From Mycoplasmoides genitalium G37 (GTDB lineage Bacteria; Bacillota_I; Bacilli_A; Mycoplasmatales; Mycoplasmoidaceae), in assembly GCF_000027325.1 (NCBI RefSeq), contig NC_000908.2, forward strand, positions 90,001-122,000: a stretch of 32,000 nucleotides of DNA. Reading direction: 5' to 3'. The translations under genes were made by a program, and so were the position numbers. The notes under the pieces were generated by a model. That model searched no databases and was not told the origin of the DNA. It worked only from the letters and a program-made list of their open reading frames with translations. Of this stretch, positions 1-12,300 are shown piece after piece (the first letter of the stretch is position 1; every line of letters starts with the position of its first letter).

Positions 1-954
1 CGCTTTAACTTAGCAACTCCTGGTAGAGGTGGTAAGTTAATTACTAAAAAGGAATATTTAGCAGCAAAAGCAGCTCAAAAAACTGATCAAACTACTAACA
101 CTAACTTTAATCAAACCCAAATTGAAGCTGGTATGTTACTAAGAGCTTATGGTGGAAGTGAAAACATTGCTGAATTAGGGGCTTGCATTACTAAATTAAG
201 AGTAACAGTTAAAAACCCTGAACTTGTTAATGAAACTATTATTAAAGACTTGGGAGCAGCTGGGGTAATGCGTACCACTCCAACATTCTTTGTAGCAGTG
301 TTTGGTACTCGAGCTGCTGTTTATAAATCAGCAATGCAAGATATTATCCAAGGCAAAGTAAATTGAACAGAGTTGCAAAAAGTCTTAGATAAAAATGATA
401 GTACTGTTGAAAAACCAGAAATAAAACCAACCCCAGTTTTAAAAGTTCAAGATGAAATTGTGATCCTCTCACCAGTTAATGGCACCTTAAAACCGCTCAC
501 CCAAGTTCCTGATGATACCTTCAAAAATCGTTTGGTAGGAGATGGAATTGCTATCTTACCTAGCGATGGGCACTTCAAAGCACCAGGTGATGTGGGTGTG
601 AAAACTGAACTTGCTTTCCCTACTGGTCATGCCTTTATCTTTGATGTTGATGGTGTGAAAGTAATGCTTCACATTGGGATTGATACAGTAAAAATTAATG
701 CTGATAAAAAACCAGGGGAACAACTTGAAGTGTTTGATGTAAAAACAAAACAAGGAGAATACACTAAATTAAAGAGTGAAAGTGTTGTTGAAGTTGATTT
801 AAAGAAACTTAAACGAAAGTATGATCCAATCACTCCTTTCATTGTGATGCAAGAATCACTTGATAACTTCAAGTTGGTGCCAATTCGCCAACGTGGTGAA
901 ATTAAAGTTGGCCAACCTTTATTTAAACTAATTTATAAAGATAAGAAGAGTTAA
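1..954 (+). CDS. ptsG: PTS glucose-family EIICBA component, C-terminal part (EIIB + EIIA domains); 5' end lies outside the window
   Basis: Frame 1 is open from nt 1. Track ORFs 133-366 and 373-954 share this frame and are joined by TGA 364-366 read as Trp. EIIB-Glc active-site motif LGACITKLRV (Cys codon 184-186). EIIA-Glc two-His motif GHAFIF...VMLHIGIDTV. Stop TAA 952-954. Confidence 0.9.
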
Positions 955-981
955 TCAATAAAACTCGATAATAACTAAAAG

Positions 982-1008
982 CCATAAAACCTTGGTTTTG
1001 TGGTTTTT
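982..1008 (+). terminator. Rho-independent terminator candidate downstream of ptsG
   Basis: CCATAAAACC (982-991) pairs with GGTTTTGTGG (994-1003), including one G-U pair. The apical pairs probably open to form the loop. A T5 run follows at 1004-1008, 28 nt after the ptsG stop. Confidence 0.6.
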
Positions 1009-1043
1009 AGCTTGTTTATAACAATATTATTGCAGTTTTACTG

Positions 1044-1056
1044 CATAATGTAAAAT
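1044..1056 (+). promoter_or_regulatory. Candidate -10 boxes for rpsB (CATAAT 1044-1049, TAAAAT 1051-1056)
   Basis: Pribnow-like hexamers lie 8-20 nt upstream of ATG 1065, implying a very short or absent 5' UTR. AT-rich background makes such hexamers common. Confidence 0.3.
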
Positions 1057-1064
1057 TACACAGC

Positions 1065-1919
1065 ATGTCAGATACAAATACTGAAAAACCTGAGTTAGTT
1101 TCCCTTAATAAGTTAAGTGAGATGCGCACTAACATCGGGATGGTTAAACGTTATTGAAACCCAAAGATGGGATTCTTTATCGAACCTGAACGTAAGCATA
1201 ATAACGATTTATTGAAGCTTGATCTACAGTACCAAGCGTTAAAAACTGCTTATAACTTCATTAAGGATGTTGTTAAAAATCACGGACAAATCCTTTTTGT
1301 TGGAACAAAGAATGATTATGTTAAAAAACTGGTAATTGATATTGCTAAAAGAGTTAATGTTGCATATATTACCCAGCGCTGATTAGGTGGTACTTTAACT
1401 AACTTTAAAACCCTTTCTATCTCAATTAACAAACTCAATAAATTAGTTGAACAGCAAAAGCAAAATGCAAATGATCTAACCAAGAAAGAAAACCTGTTAC
1501 TTTCAAGAGAGATTGAAAGACTTGAAAAGTTCTTTGGTGGGGTCAAAAATTTAAAAAGACTTCCTAATCTAATAGTTATAGATGATCCTGTTTATGAAAA
1601 AAATGCAGTTTTAGAAGCAAACAGCTTAAAAATCCCTGTTGTGGCACTATGCAACACCAACACCAATCCAGAGCTAGTTGACTTTATTATTCCAGCTAAT
1701 AACCACCAACCCCAAAGTACTTGTTTATTGATGAATTTACTAGCAGATGCGATAGCAGAAGCGAAGGGTTTTGAAACCTTGTATGCTTACAAACCAGATG
1801 AACAGATCCAAATTGAAATTCCTCCCAAACAAGAACGCCAAGTTATTAACCGTTCCAATACCAGAAACATCACTAACCAGCGCTTAAACATTAACCGTCA
1901 ACAACAAGAAACTTTATAG
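1065..1919 (+). CDS. rpsB: 30S ribosomal protein S2 (284 aa)
   Basis: ATG 1065. Same frame as track ORFs 1167-1382 and 1641-1919, joined across TGA codons (e.g. 1380-1382). S2-like sequence KRYWNPKM, ILFVGTK, IVIDDP, IPVVALCNTN. Stop TAG 1917-1919. Confidence 0.93.
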
Positions 1920-1923
1920 AGCA

Positions 1924-4548
1924 GTGAACAGTTGAACAGGACTTAGTGAACAAGCGGCAATTAAAAGTCGTCAAGAACATGGTGCTAATTTTCTTCCTGA
2001 GAAAAAAGCTACCCCTTTTTGGTTGTTATTTCTTCAACAATTTAAAAGTTTAGTTGTTATTCTTTTACTGCTAGCTAGCTTGTTATCGTTTGTAGTTGCT
2101 ATTGTCAGTGGTTTGAGAAGTAACTGAAACTTTAACCATGATCTGATTATTGAATGGGTTCAACCTTTTATTATCTTATTAACTGTTTTTGCCAATTCAC
2201 TAATTGGTTCTATCCAGGAATTTAAAGCCCAGAAATCTGCTAGTGCTTTAAAGTCCTTGACAAAGTCTTTCACAAGGGTTTTTAGGAATGGTGAATTAAT
2301 TAGCATTAATGTTAGTGAAGTTGTTGTAGGAGATATTATTTTTGTTGATGCAGGAGATATTATCCCTGCTGATGGCAAATTACTACAGGTTAATAACTTA
2401 CGTTGTTTGGAAAGCTTTTTAACTGGTGAATCAACTCCAGTTGATAAGACTATTGATAGCAATGAAAAAGCTACTATTCTTGAACAGACAAACTTAGTTT
2501 TTTCAGGGGCACAAGTAGTTTATGGTAGTGGCGTTTTTCAAGTGGAAGCAGTTGGGATTAAAACCCAAGTTGGAAAAATTGCTAAAACTGTTGATGATAG
2601 TGTAACTAAACTCTCACCCTTACAACAAAAACTAGAGAAGATAGGAAAGTGATTTAGTTGGTTTGGGCTTGGTCTTTTTGCTGTAGTTTTTCTTGTCCAA
2701 ACTGCTTTATTAGGATTTGATAATTTCACTAATAACTGATCAATAGCTTTAATTGGTGCTATTGCGCTTGTTGTTGCAATTATCCCTGAAGGGCTTGTTA
2801 CTTTTATTAATGTGATCTTTGCATTAAGTGTGCAGAAACTAACTAAGCAAAAAGCCATTATTAAGTATTTATCAGTAATTGAAACACTTGGATCAGTACA
2901 AATTATCTGTACTGATAAAACTGGTACTTTAACCCAAAACCAGATGAAAGTTGTCGATCACTTCTGTTTTAATTCAACAACCCAAACTGATCTAGCAAGA
3001 GCATTGTGCTTGTGTAATAATGCTTCTATTTCCAAAGATGCTAATAAAACAGGTGATCCTACTGAAATTGCTCTCTTGGAATGAAAAGATCGCAGTCAAT
3101 TAGATTTAAAAACCTATTACAGGGTTTATGAAAAAGCCTTTGATTCAATCAGAAAACTTATGACAGTTGTTGTTCAAAAAGACAACCGCTTCATTGTGAT
3201 TGTTAAAGGTGCTCCTGATGTGTTATTACCATTATGTAATAACGTTCAAAATGAAGTAAAGAACATTGAAAACTTACTTGATCAAAGTGCTGGTCAAGGC
3301 TTGCGTACCTTAGCAGTTGCTTTAAAGGTTTTATATAAGTTTGATCAAAACGATCAGAAGCAAATTGATGAACTTGAAAACAACCTTGAATTCCTTGGGT
3401 TTGTTAGTTTACAAGACCCACCAAGAAAAGAAAGTAAGGAAGCGATTTTAGCGTGCAAGAAAGCTAATATAACCCCAATAATGATTACAGGGGATCATCT
3501 TAAAACTGCAACTGTAATTGCTAAAGAGTTAGGCATTTTAACTTTAGATAATCAAGCAGTTTTAGGTAGCGAACTAGATGAAAAGAAGATCTTGGATTAC
3601 AGGGTATTTGCTAGAGTAACTCCCCAACAAAAATTAGCCATTGTTAGTGCTTGAAAAGAAGCGGGATTTACAGTTAGTGTTACTGGTGATGGGGTGAATG
3701 ACGCACCTGCATTAATCAAGAGTGATGTAGGGTGTTGTATGGGGATTACTGGGGTTGATATTGCAAAAGATGCTAGTGATCTGATTATTAGTGATGATAA
3801 TTTCGCTACTATAGTAAATGGTATTGAGGAGGGTAGAAAAACTTTTTTAACTTGTAAACGAGTTTTATTAAACCTGTTTTTAACTTCAATTGCAGGAACA
3901 GTTGTAGTTTTATTAGGACTATTCATCTTAGGACAAGTTTTTAAAACTAATTTATTACAACAAGGTCATGACTTTCAGGTGTTTAGTCCTACCCAACTGC
4001 TAATTATTAACTTGTTTGTTCATGGTTTTCCTGCTGTTGCATTAGCAGTACAACCTGTTAAAGAAAAATTGATGGTAGGTAGTTTTTCTACTAAAAATCT
4101 GTTTTACAACCGCCAGGGATTTGATTTAATCTGACAATCACTATTCTTAAGCTTTTTAACTTTATTGTTCTATAGCTTAGGAATTATATATGCAATTAAT
4201 AACCGTGATTTACAAACTAGCGGGGATCTAATTAATCGTGCTGGATCAACGTGCGGTTTTTTTATTTTGGGTGCTAGTGCTGCTTTAAACTCATTAAACC
4301 TAATGGTAGATAAACCATTGCTTATGACAAACCCTTGGTTTTTTAAGTTAGTTTGAATAGGTTCACTTGCTTCTATACTGGTATTTTTATTGATCATCTT
4401 TATCAACCCTTTAGGGTTAGTGTTTAATGTCTTGCAAGATTTAACTAATCACCCAGTTTTAATAAGCTATAGTTTTGGGGGAGTTATTTTGTATATGGGG
4501 ATGAATGAAGTTGTTAAACTTATTAGATTAGGTTATGGCAATATTTAA
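1924..4548 (+). CDS. P-type (type II, Ca2+/Mg2+-like) cation-transporting ATPase, 874 aa
   Basis: GTG 1924 is the first canonical start after the in-frame TAA at 1885-1887. Five track ORFs (2257-2652, 2812-3084, 3160-3654, 3694-4134, 4165-4356) share frame 1 and join via TGA=Trp. Motifs TGES, PEGL, phosphorylation site DKTGT (2914-2928), TGDH and [10 protein letters not shown]. Stop TAA 4546-4548. Confidence 0.92.
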
Positions 4549-6955
4549 CTTCCTTAAGTTAATTTCACCCAAAAACAGAATTCTCAGTAAGGCAAATAGG
4601 ATTGCCAGTGAGGTTGAGAGTTATAAAAACTACTACCGTAACTTAACTGATCAACAGTTATTTGAAGAGTCAAATAAACTAGTTGATCTTGTCACTAAGC
4701 AAAATTACACCATTCTAGATGTTTGTGTTGCTGCACTTGCTTTAATTAGAGAAGTGGTTTACCGTGAGACTGGTGAATTTGCATATAGGGTGCAGATCAT
4801 AGGAGCTTTTATTGTTTTAAGTGGTGATTTTGCTGAGATGATGACTGGTGAAGGTAAGACCTTAACCATTGTTTTAGCAGCATACGTTTCTGCACTTGAA
4901 AAGCGTGGTGTGCATGTTGTTACTGTTAATGAATATCTAGCTCAAAGGGATGCTAATAATGCAATGAAGATCTTAAAACGGGTTGGGATGAGTGTCGGTT
5001 GTAACTTTGCTAATCTCTCCCCTCAGCTAAAACAAGCTGCATTTAATTGCGATGTTACCTACACCACTAACAGTGAACTGGGGTTTGATTATCTTAGAGA
5101 TAACATGGTCCACAGTTATCAAGATAAGAAGATCAGAGAGTTGCACTTTGCAATAGTTGATGAAGGTGATTCAGTTTTAATTGATGAGGCGCGAACGCCT
5201 TTAATTATTTCAGGTCCTAGTAAAAATGAGTTTGGGTTATATGTTGCAGTTGATCGATTTGTTAAATCATTAACTGAACAGGAGTTTAAGATTGACCCTG
5301 AATCACGTGCTGCTTCTTTAACTGAACTTGGGATTAAAAAAGCAGAGCAAACATTTAAAAAAGAAAACCTTTTTGCTTTGGAAAACAGTGATCTTTTTCA
5401 CAAGATCATGAATGGTTTGACTGCTGTGAAAGTTTTTGAACAGGGCAAAGAGTACATTGTTCGTGATGGCAAGGTTTTAATTGTTGATCACTTTACAGGT
5501 AGGATATTGGAAGGGAGAAGTTACAGTAATGGCTTACAACAAGCTGTACAAGCCAAAGAATATGTTGAGATAGAACCTGAAAATGTGATAGTAGCTACCA
5601 TTACCTACCAATCCTTCTTTAGGCTATACAACCGCTTAGCAGCAGTATCAGGTACTGCTTTAACTGAATCAGAGGAGTTTCTCAAGATTTATAACATGGT
5701 TGTAGTACCAGTGCCAACTAACCGTCCTAACATCAGAAAAGACCGTTCTGATAGTGTATTTGGTACCCCACAAATTAAGTGAATGGCAGTTGTTAAAGAG
5801 ATAAAAAAGATCCATGAAACTTCTCGACCTATTCTGATTGGAACTGCTAACATAGATGATTCTGAACTCTTACATAATCTGTTACTAGAAGCTAATATTC
5901 CCCATGAGGTTTTAAATGCTAAAAACCATTCAAGAGAAGCGGAGATAGTAACTAAAGCAGGACAGAAGAATGCAGTTACTATTTCAACTAACATGGCTGG
6001 AAGAGGAACTGATATCCGTTTAGGTGAAGGGGTTGCTGAAATGGGTGGTCTTTATGTATTGGGAACTGAAAGAAATGAGTCAAGAAGGATTGATAACCAA
6101 CTAAGAGGGAGAGCTGCTAGACAAGGTGATAAAGGGGAAACTAAGTTCTTTATCTCACTAGGTGATTCATTGTTTAAACGTTTTGCTCATGACAAGATTG
6201 AAAGAGCGATTAGCAAATTAGGTAATGAAACATTTGACAGTGCCTTCTTTTCCAAAATGTTAAGTAGAACCCAAAAACGGGTGGAAGCAATTAACTTTGA
6301 CACTAGAAAAAACCTGATTGATTATGACCATGTTCTTGCAAGTCAAAGGGAATTGATTTACAAACAACGTGATAAGTTTTTATTAGCAAACGATTTAAGT
6401 GAAATGATCGACAAAATGCTAGAAAAGTTTGTACAACAGTTTTGTGATCAATATAGAAACCAAAAGAACCAAAACTTAATTAATCACATTGCACTAGCAG
6501 AAGCTTTAAATCTTGAGATGAACATGCAAAACACCATTAATCCAAAGGTGTTTGAAAACATGACTTTTGATGTTGCTGTTGATAAAACCCGTAACTTAGT
6601 AGCTAAAAAGATTAGTGATAAAGTTAATGTTTTGACCAAACCAATTGCTTTAAACAGGTTTCGTGACATTATCATAACTTCGATGGATAAACATTGAACT
6701 GAACACTTGGATAGTGTTTTTAAGTTAAGAGAAGGGGTTGTACTTCGTTCTATGGAACATACGAGTCCTTTAAATGTTTACATTAAAGAAACAGATATCC
6801 TTTTTAAAACAATGTTGCAAAAGATTGCTCAAGATGTCATTGTGCAAATTGCTAACCTCACAACTCCAGATGAATTTGATCATAGCTTAATGCAAGCCAA
6901 TGCTTTAAAGAAACTAGCAGCAATTAAAGCAGATGAAAAATCAAACCAAGAGTAA
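4535..6955 (+). CDS. secA: Preprotein translocase ATPase SecA (806 aa)
   Basis: Track ORFs 4535-5782, 5783-6697 and 6707-6955 share one frame and join via TGA 5780-5782 and 6695-6697. Motifs MMTGEGKTL (Walker A), VDEGDSVLIDEARTPLIIS (DEAD-like) and TNMAGRGTDI. The start overlaps the ATPase gene by 14 nt. Confidence 0.95.
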
Positions 6956-8903
6956 TAGTTTATTTCAACTTTCCACTAACTATATACCTACTGGTGATCA
7001 ACCTGAAGCAATTAAGAAATTATCAGAATTTAAAACTAAGCAGCAGGTTTTATTGGGGGCCACAGGCACAGGTAAAACCTTTACAATTGCTAATGTAATT
7101 CAAAACAGCCAACTCCCAACAGTTGTTATTGCTCATAACAAAACCCTAGCAGGTCAACTCTTCAATGAATTAAAGCAACTGTTTCCTAAAAATGCAGTTG
7201 AATATTTTATCTCTTACTTTGATTTTTATCAACCTGAAGCTTACTTACCCAGTAAAGGGATCTACATTGAAAAAAGTGCTACAGTCAATGAAGCGATTAA
7301 ACGCTTAAGAGTCTCAACACTGCATTCACTTTCAACAAGAAAAGATGTTATTGTAGTAGGTTCTGTTGCTAGTATTTATCCCACCTCATCTCCCAGTGAT
7401 TTTGTTAAGTATTGCTTGTGGTTTGTGGTTGGCAAAGATTATGATTTGAAAACCATTAAAGATAGGTTAGTTAGTCTTAACTATGTTGTTAATAAACAAC
7501 AATTAACCCCAGGAAAATTTCGCTTTCAGGGTGATGTTTTGGAGGTATTTCCTGGTTACAGTGATGCTTTTGTGATCAGAATCTCCTTTTTTGATACTAA
7601 AGTAGAACAAATTTGTCAAATTGACCCACTAACAAATAAGATTTTAAACCAACTCTTTGAGATTAAGATAGGTCCTGCTGATGAATATGTTGTAAACCAA
7701 TCTGATCTTGATATAGCAATTAAAAATATTAAACAAGAACTTCAGGAACGAGTTAATTATTTCAATAAGCAAAATCTTGTTGAAAGAGCACAACGTTTAG
7801 CCACCATTACTAACCATGATCTCAATGATCTGAAGGCTTGGGGATTTTGTAGTGGAGTTGAAAACTATGCTAGACACTTAGAGTTGAGGATGGCTAACTC
7901 AACCCCTTACAGTATCTTTGATTATTTTAAGGGGGATTGGTTACTGGTTATTGATGAATCACACCAAACTTTACCGCAACTTAATGGGATGTATAACACT
8001 GATCTTTCAAGAAAGCAAAGCTTAATTGATTATGGTTTTCGACTCCCCTCTGCACTTGATAACAGACCGCTCTCATTTGCTGAATTACAACAAAAAATGC
8101 AAAAAGTTATTTATGTTTCAGCAACTCCAAGAGATAAAGAGATTAGTTTAAGTCAGAATAATGTCATTGAACAGTTAGTTAGACCAACTTACTTGGTTGA
8201 TCCTATTATCGTTGTTAAACCAAAAGATAACCAGGTGGAGGATCTCATTGAAGAGATTATCAACCAACGCCAAAACAACACAAGAACATTTGTTACTGTT
8301 TTAACTATTAAGATGGCTGAAAACCTCACTGAATACTTAAAGGAACGCAAAATTAAAGTTGCCTATATCCATAAGGACATTAAAGCATTGGAACGTTTAT
8401 TGTTAATTAATGACCTGAGAAGAGGTGAATATGAGTGTTTAGTTGGGATTAACCTTTTAAGAGAAGGGTTAGATGTCCCTGAAGTTGCTTTAGTTTGTAT
8501 CTTTGATGCAGATATCCCAGGACTACCTAGGGATGAGAGAAGTTTAATCCAGATTATTGGACGTGCTGCTAGAAATGAACATGGTCGAGTTGTTATGTAT
8601 GCTAACCATGTTACTGAACAGATGCAAAAAGCCATTGATGAAACCAAAAGAAGAAGAACTGTTCAAATGGAATATAACAAGCTACATAATAAGACACCAA
8701 AAACAGTTGTTAAACCCCTTACCTTTGTTCAACCAATCAAATTAAAAGCTAAGAGTAATGCAGAAAAAAATGCTGCATTAATCAAACAATTAACCAAAGA
8801 AATGAAGAAAGCAGCAGCTAATCAAAATTATGAACTTGCCATTGAGATTAGAGATTCCATATTTGAATTGGAAAAAGAAATTGGTAGTAAAATTAAAGTA
8901 TAG
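6933..8903 (+). CDS. uvrB: Excinuclease ABC subunit B (656 aa)
   Basis: A single uninterrupted ORF. Motifs PTGDQPEAI, GATGTGKTF (Walker A), DESH and a C-terminal UVR-type helix (NYELAIEIRDSIFELEKE). Overlaps the secA 3' end by 23 nt. Confidence 0.95.
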   Translation: MKNQTKSNSLFQLSTNYIPTGDQPEAIKKLSEFKTKQQVLLGATGTGKTFTIANVIQNSQLPTVVIAHNKTLAGQLFNELKQLFPKNAVEYFISYFDFYQPEAYLPSKGIYIEKSATVNEAIKRLRVSTLHSLSTRKDVIVVGSVASIYPTSSPSDFVKYCLWFVVGKDYDLKTIKDRLVSLNYVVNKQQLTPGKFRFQGDVLEVFPGYSDAFVIRISFFDTKVEQICQIDPLTNKILNQLFEIKIGPADEYVVNQSDLDIAIKNIKQELQERVNYFNKQNLVERAQRLATITNHDLNDLKAWGFCSGVENYARHLELRMANSTPYSIFDYFKGDWLLVIDESHQTLPQLNGMYNTDLSRKQSLIDYGFRLPSALDNRPLSFAELQQKMQKVIYVSATPRDKEISLSQNNVIEQLVRPTYLVDPIIVVKPKDNQVEDLIEEIINQRQNNTRTFVTVLTIKMAENLTEYLKERKIKVAYIHKDIKALERLLLINDLRRGEYECLVGINLLREGLDVPEVALVCIFDADIPGLPRDERSLIQIIGRAARNEHGRVVMYANHVTEQMQKAIDETKRRRTVQMEYNKLHNKTPKTVVKPLTFVQPIKLKAKSNAEKNAALIKQLTKEMKKAAANQNYELAIEIRDSIFELEKEIGSKIKV

Positions 8904-8905
8904 CA

Positions 8906-9319
8906 ATGCGACAGTTTATTAAGCTTAGCCTCTTAGTCTTTGTCTTGCTTTTCTTAAGTGAACTTATCTGTAGGTTCTCTTTACGCTTAGTAAATTCTAT
9001 TAAAGCGAGATATAAATCTTCAGTATTTTCCTACACTGCTTGTTTGCTATTTTTAAAGAGTTTTCAAAACTTTTCTAATGCTTTTCAGAAGTTAGCTAAC
9101 TGGGTATTTTGATTTGAAAATGATGTTAATGAACTGTTATCTATCTTTTACTTTAACTTTGATCAGAAGAGTGAAAAAGTAGATTACAACTTCTTTAATG
9201 GTTATAAAGTTACTGCTCAAAAAGTAGTTGAAAAAGAACAGTTATTAACTTGTAAGTTAAGTGATTACTACCGTTTATTTAGAGATAAAACCTTTTGATT
9301 TGAACTTATCAACAACTAA
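8906..9319 (+). CDS. Hypothetical membrane-anchored protein, 137 aa (MG074-like)
   Basis: ATG 8906 lies 2 nt after the uvrB stop. Track ORF 8906-9112 extends across TGA 9110-9112 and 9296-9298 to TAA 9317-9319. N-terminal hydrophobic helix LSLLVFVLLFLSELI. No motif I recognise. Confidence 0.7.
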
Positions 9320-9354
9320 TAAGATCCTTATTGGCTGTTTAAGTTTGCTCTCTT

Positions 9355-9361
9355 TATAAAT
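9355..9361 (+). promoter_or_regulatory. Candidate -10 box (TATAAAT) for the P116-like gene
   Basis: Lies 22 nt upstream of ATG 9383 in the 63-nt gap after the MG074-like gene. Sequence-only guess. Confidence 0.25.
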
Positions 9362-9382
9362 TCATAACTTTTCTCTTAACAT

Positions 9383-12300
9383 ATGAAATTAAGTACAATA
9401 ACTACTATCTGCTTGTCAATATCTGGTGCTTTTGGTACTACTGCAATTGCTTTACCAACTACAGTAGCATTGTTAAAAAACCACCAACAGCAAAACACTG
9501 AAAAACAACAAAACCCGATTAAAGATATCCGCTTTGGTTTAAACAATGTACAGGTTCCAAATACCATTCCGTTACACCAAACTGTGGTTGAAGTGACCAA
9601 CAACAAAGCAATTGTTGATTACAAAGATGCACCCCAAAAATTCTTTTTAGCTAAAAGTGCGTTAAATAATAAACTCCAAGTTGAGTTTGATAAGTTCTTG
9701 TTAAGAACAGGAGTGATTAATGCTTTAAATGCAGATTTGAAAGAATGGATAGACCAAACATTATTTATCCCCAATCAAAGTTTTTTTGATCTTAGTGCTA
9801 ATAAACTCAATTTAACTTTGTCAAATCAAAGCGAAGTGAGTTTAGATCTTGAGTTTATTTTTACTAACTTTAGTGATAAAAATCAACCATTAAAACTCCC
9901 CTTTGATGGTAGTGTGGTGGTTAATGCTAACGAGTCATACACCTATTCAGTTAAAGCAACACTACAGAAACTAAAAGTATTGACTTATTCAAGAGCAGAT
10001 CATTCTGTAGGGATTAGTTATGCAATACCAACAGTGAGTTTAAATGGCAAAACTCAAAATGACTTTAGTTTTAACCCCTTTAAAAGTAATATTAACTTTG
10101 CTTTCAAAAATGTCTACAATGCTTTAAATCCGTTTGAAGCACAACAATACCTGGTTGGCCAAGGTAAGTTTTTAAACCAAAAAGTTAATGCTGATGATGT
10201 TAAAAATGACATTAATAATCACATTGAAACCCAGTTTAATGTTGCTAAAATCACAGCAACTCTTTTAGGAAAAGCTTTTAAGCAGTTTGGTGAACATAAA
10301 AATGGTCAACCACTTTCACTTTTAAAAGTACTAAGTGGATTAAACAATGAGTTTAAACAACTCTTTAATTATGTCAGACCTGGTTTAGGTGATTTTGTTA
10401 GTGATTTAATCCAAAGCTCCAGTCAATCAAGTAATAAAAAAACTGTTTACCAGCTATTATTTGAAAACAAGACAACAATTATCCACTTGTTGCAAGATCT
10501 TAATATTAGTGAACTGAACTCTGTTTTACCAGTTGTTGATATTTTGTTTGAAGGGATTAACAGTGCAGAATCACTATACCAAAGGATCCAATCATTTAAG
10601 GATTTAATTGTTCCTGCTTTAAAAGCTGATAAGCAACTTAAGAGCTTAGAAGCGATTATTTTAGCAGTTTTAGACAATCCTAATACCTATGTTTTTGATC
10701 TTGTTTACCAAAACAAATCGATTCTGTTTAATTTGTTAAGTGATTTTCTTAAAAACACCGCAAACACTTTACCATTTCTTCAAGAACAGTTTGATATTGT
10801 TAACCACTTATTTGCCAATGAAGCGATCTTTGATCTGTTTTCCAATGCTGACTTTGTTGAGAAGATTGCTGATCTTTTTTTAGCAAAACAAAAGGTACAA
10901 GAAGTTAATAATGATGGAACTAAATCAACAAAAATTGTTGATTCGATTTTAGTTGCTACCCTTAAGGGTTTAGTTGGTGATCAGCTCAGTTCAATCACTG
11001 AACTGTTAAACATCTATATCTTTGAAAATGAATTTTTAAACAGAAATGATAGTAATAGTTCAGTTAAAAAACAACAAACTGATAGTCTAAAAAATCTGTT
11101 TAGCGTAATTGGTGATATTTTAAGTGAGACCAATGTTAACAAGATCACTTTACACGCAGTTAAAAATAATGAACTTCTTTCGTTAGTTGAAACAGCTTCA
11201 ACACTAAAAATTAAACATCTTAATGTTCAATACAAAGTTTTAGTTGATAAGTTTGAATTGAAAAACAGTTTCATTAAGGAACTATTAAATTTTTTCCCAG
11301 ATACTAAAGATATCACCCCAACTATTAAAAAGGTACTGTTTGAAAGTGAAAATTATAAAACACTCCGTAAGAAGTATGAAAATGAAGGGTTCCCAGGTTA
11401 TCACTGGGCTAAGTTCATTGTCCCAGGTACCTTCAATTCTGCTGAAAACACTTTCTATTCTGCTATTGATAAAACTAAATCAATTCGCGATCTGTTTGCT
11501 GACATGTTATTTGGTAAGAGTTTAGAGAGTGTTAATGACAGTGATAGTTTTATCAAAATTAATGGTTCATTTACATTAAAGTACCACGGTGATAACTTAA
11601 ATTTACTCCCTAACTACCACTCATTAATCACTAAGAATGTTGGTTATCAAATAGTTAATGTTAATTTTCATATTGATGCAAGATTGCTAACTGCAGAACT
11701 ACAAAACACGGTATTTTCAAATCCAAAACCAGTTATTAAATCACCTGTTGAACTCTCCAAATCCTTATTTGAAGTTTGAAAGACTATCTTTGAAAACTCA
11801 GTTAACCAAATCTTAAAAAAAGAATATACTTTCAAAGATAATCTAAAGTTCTTTCCTTTTAAAGCTGATGGCTCCTCGCGCTTAGAATTTGATCTATCAA
11901 AACCTGATCAACGTGTTATTCCTTTTGCTTTTGTTGATGGTTATCAATTCCAACTAAAAAAAGAGTTAATTCCTAACAAAGAAACAAAAAAAGAAGCTAA
12001 TTCTTCACCAGTTTTAAAGCTTTATGATGCAGTTAAAAGAAACGATAGACAATATCGTCCTAATCACCACCATGATGATCTGAGAAACTATCCTAGCCTT
12101 AAATCTCAACTAGAACTTATATTAAACCTTGGTGATAAGCTTAAAGCTAATAATGATTTTATAGATGACACTGTTGTTAATGCTTTGCAATATAAAACTA
12201 GTTTTAAATCTACTCTAAAAGTTAACAGTTTAGGAATTCCTATTAACCTTTTCTTTTTCACATTGTGACTTAAATTTAACTTAGAAATTCCAATTGACGG

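Noticed and set aside
1031-1045. Short hairpin TGCAG-ttttA-CTGCA overlapping the putative rpsB promoter.
   Set aside because: It has only 5 bp, and I had no conservation information. It is too weak to call a regulatory element.
2160-3926. Three minus-strand ORFs of 100-109 aa (2160-2462, 2538-2858, 3597-3926) antisense to the P-type ATPase.
   Set aside because: These are shadow ORFs opposite a motif-verified gene, and they have no conserved motifs.
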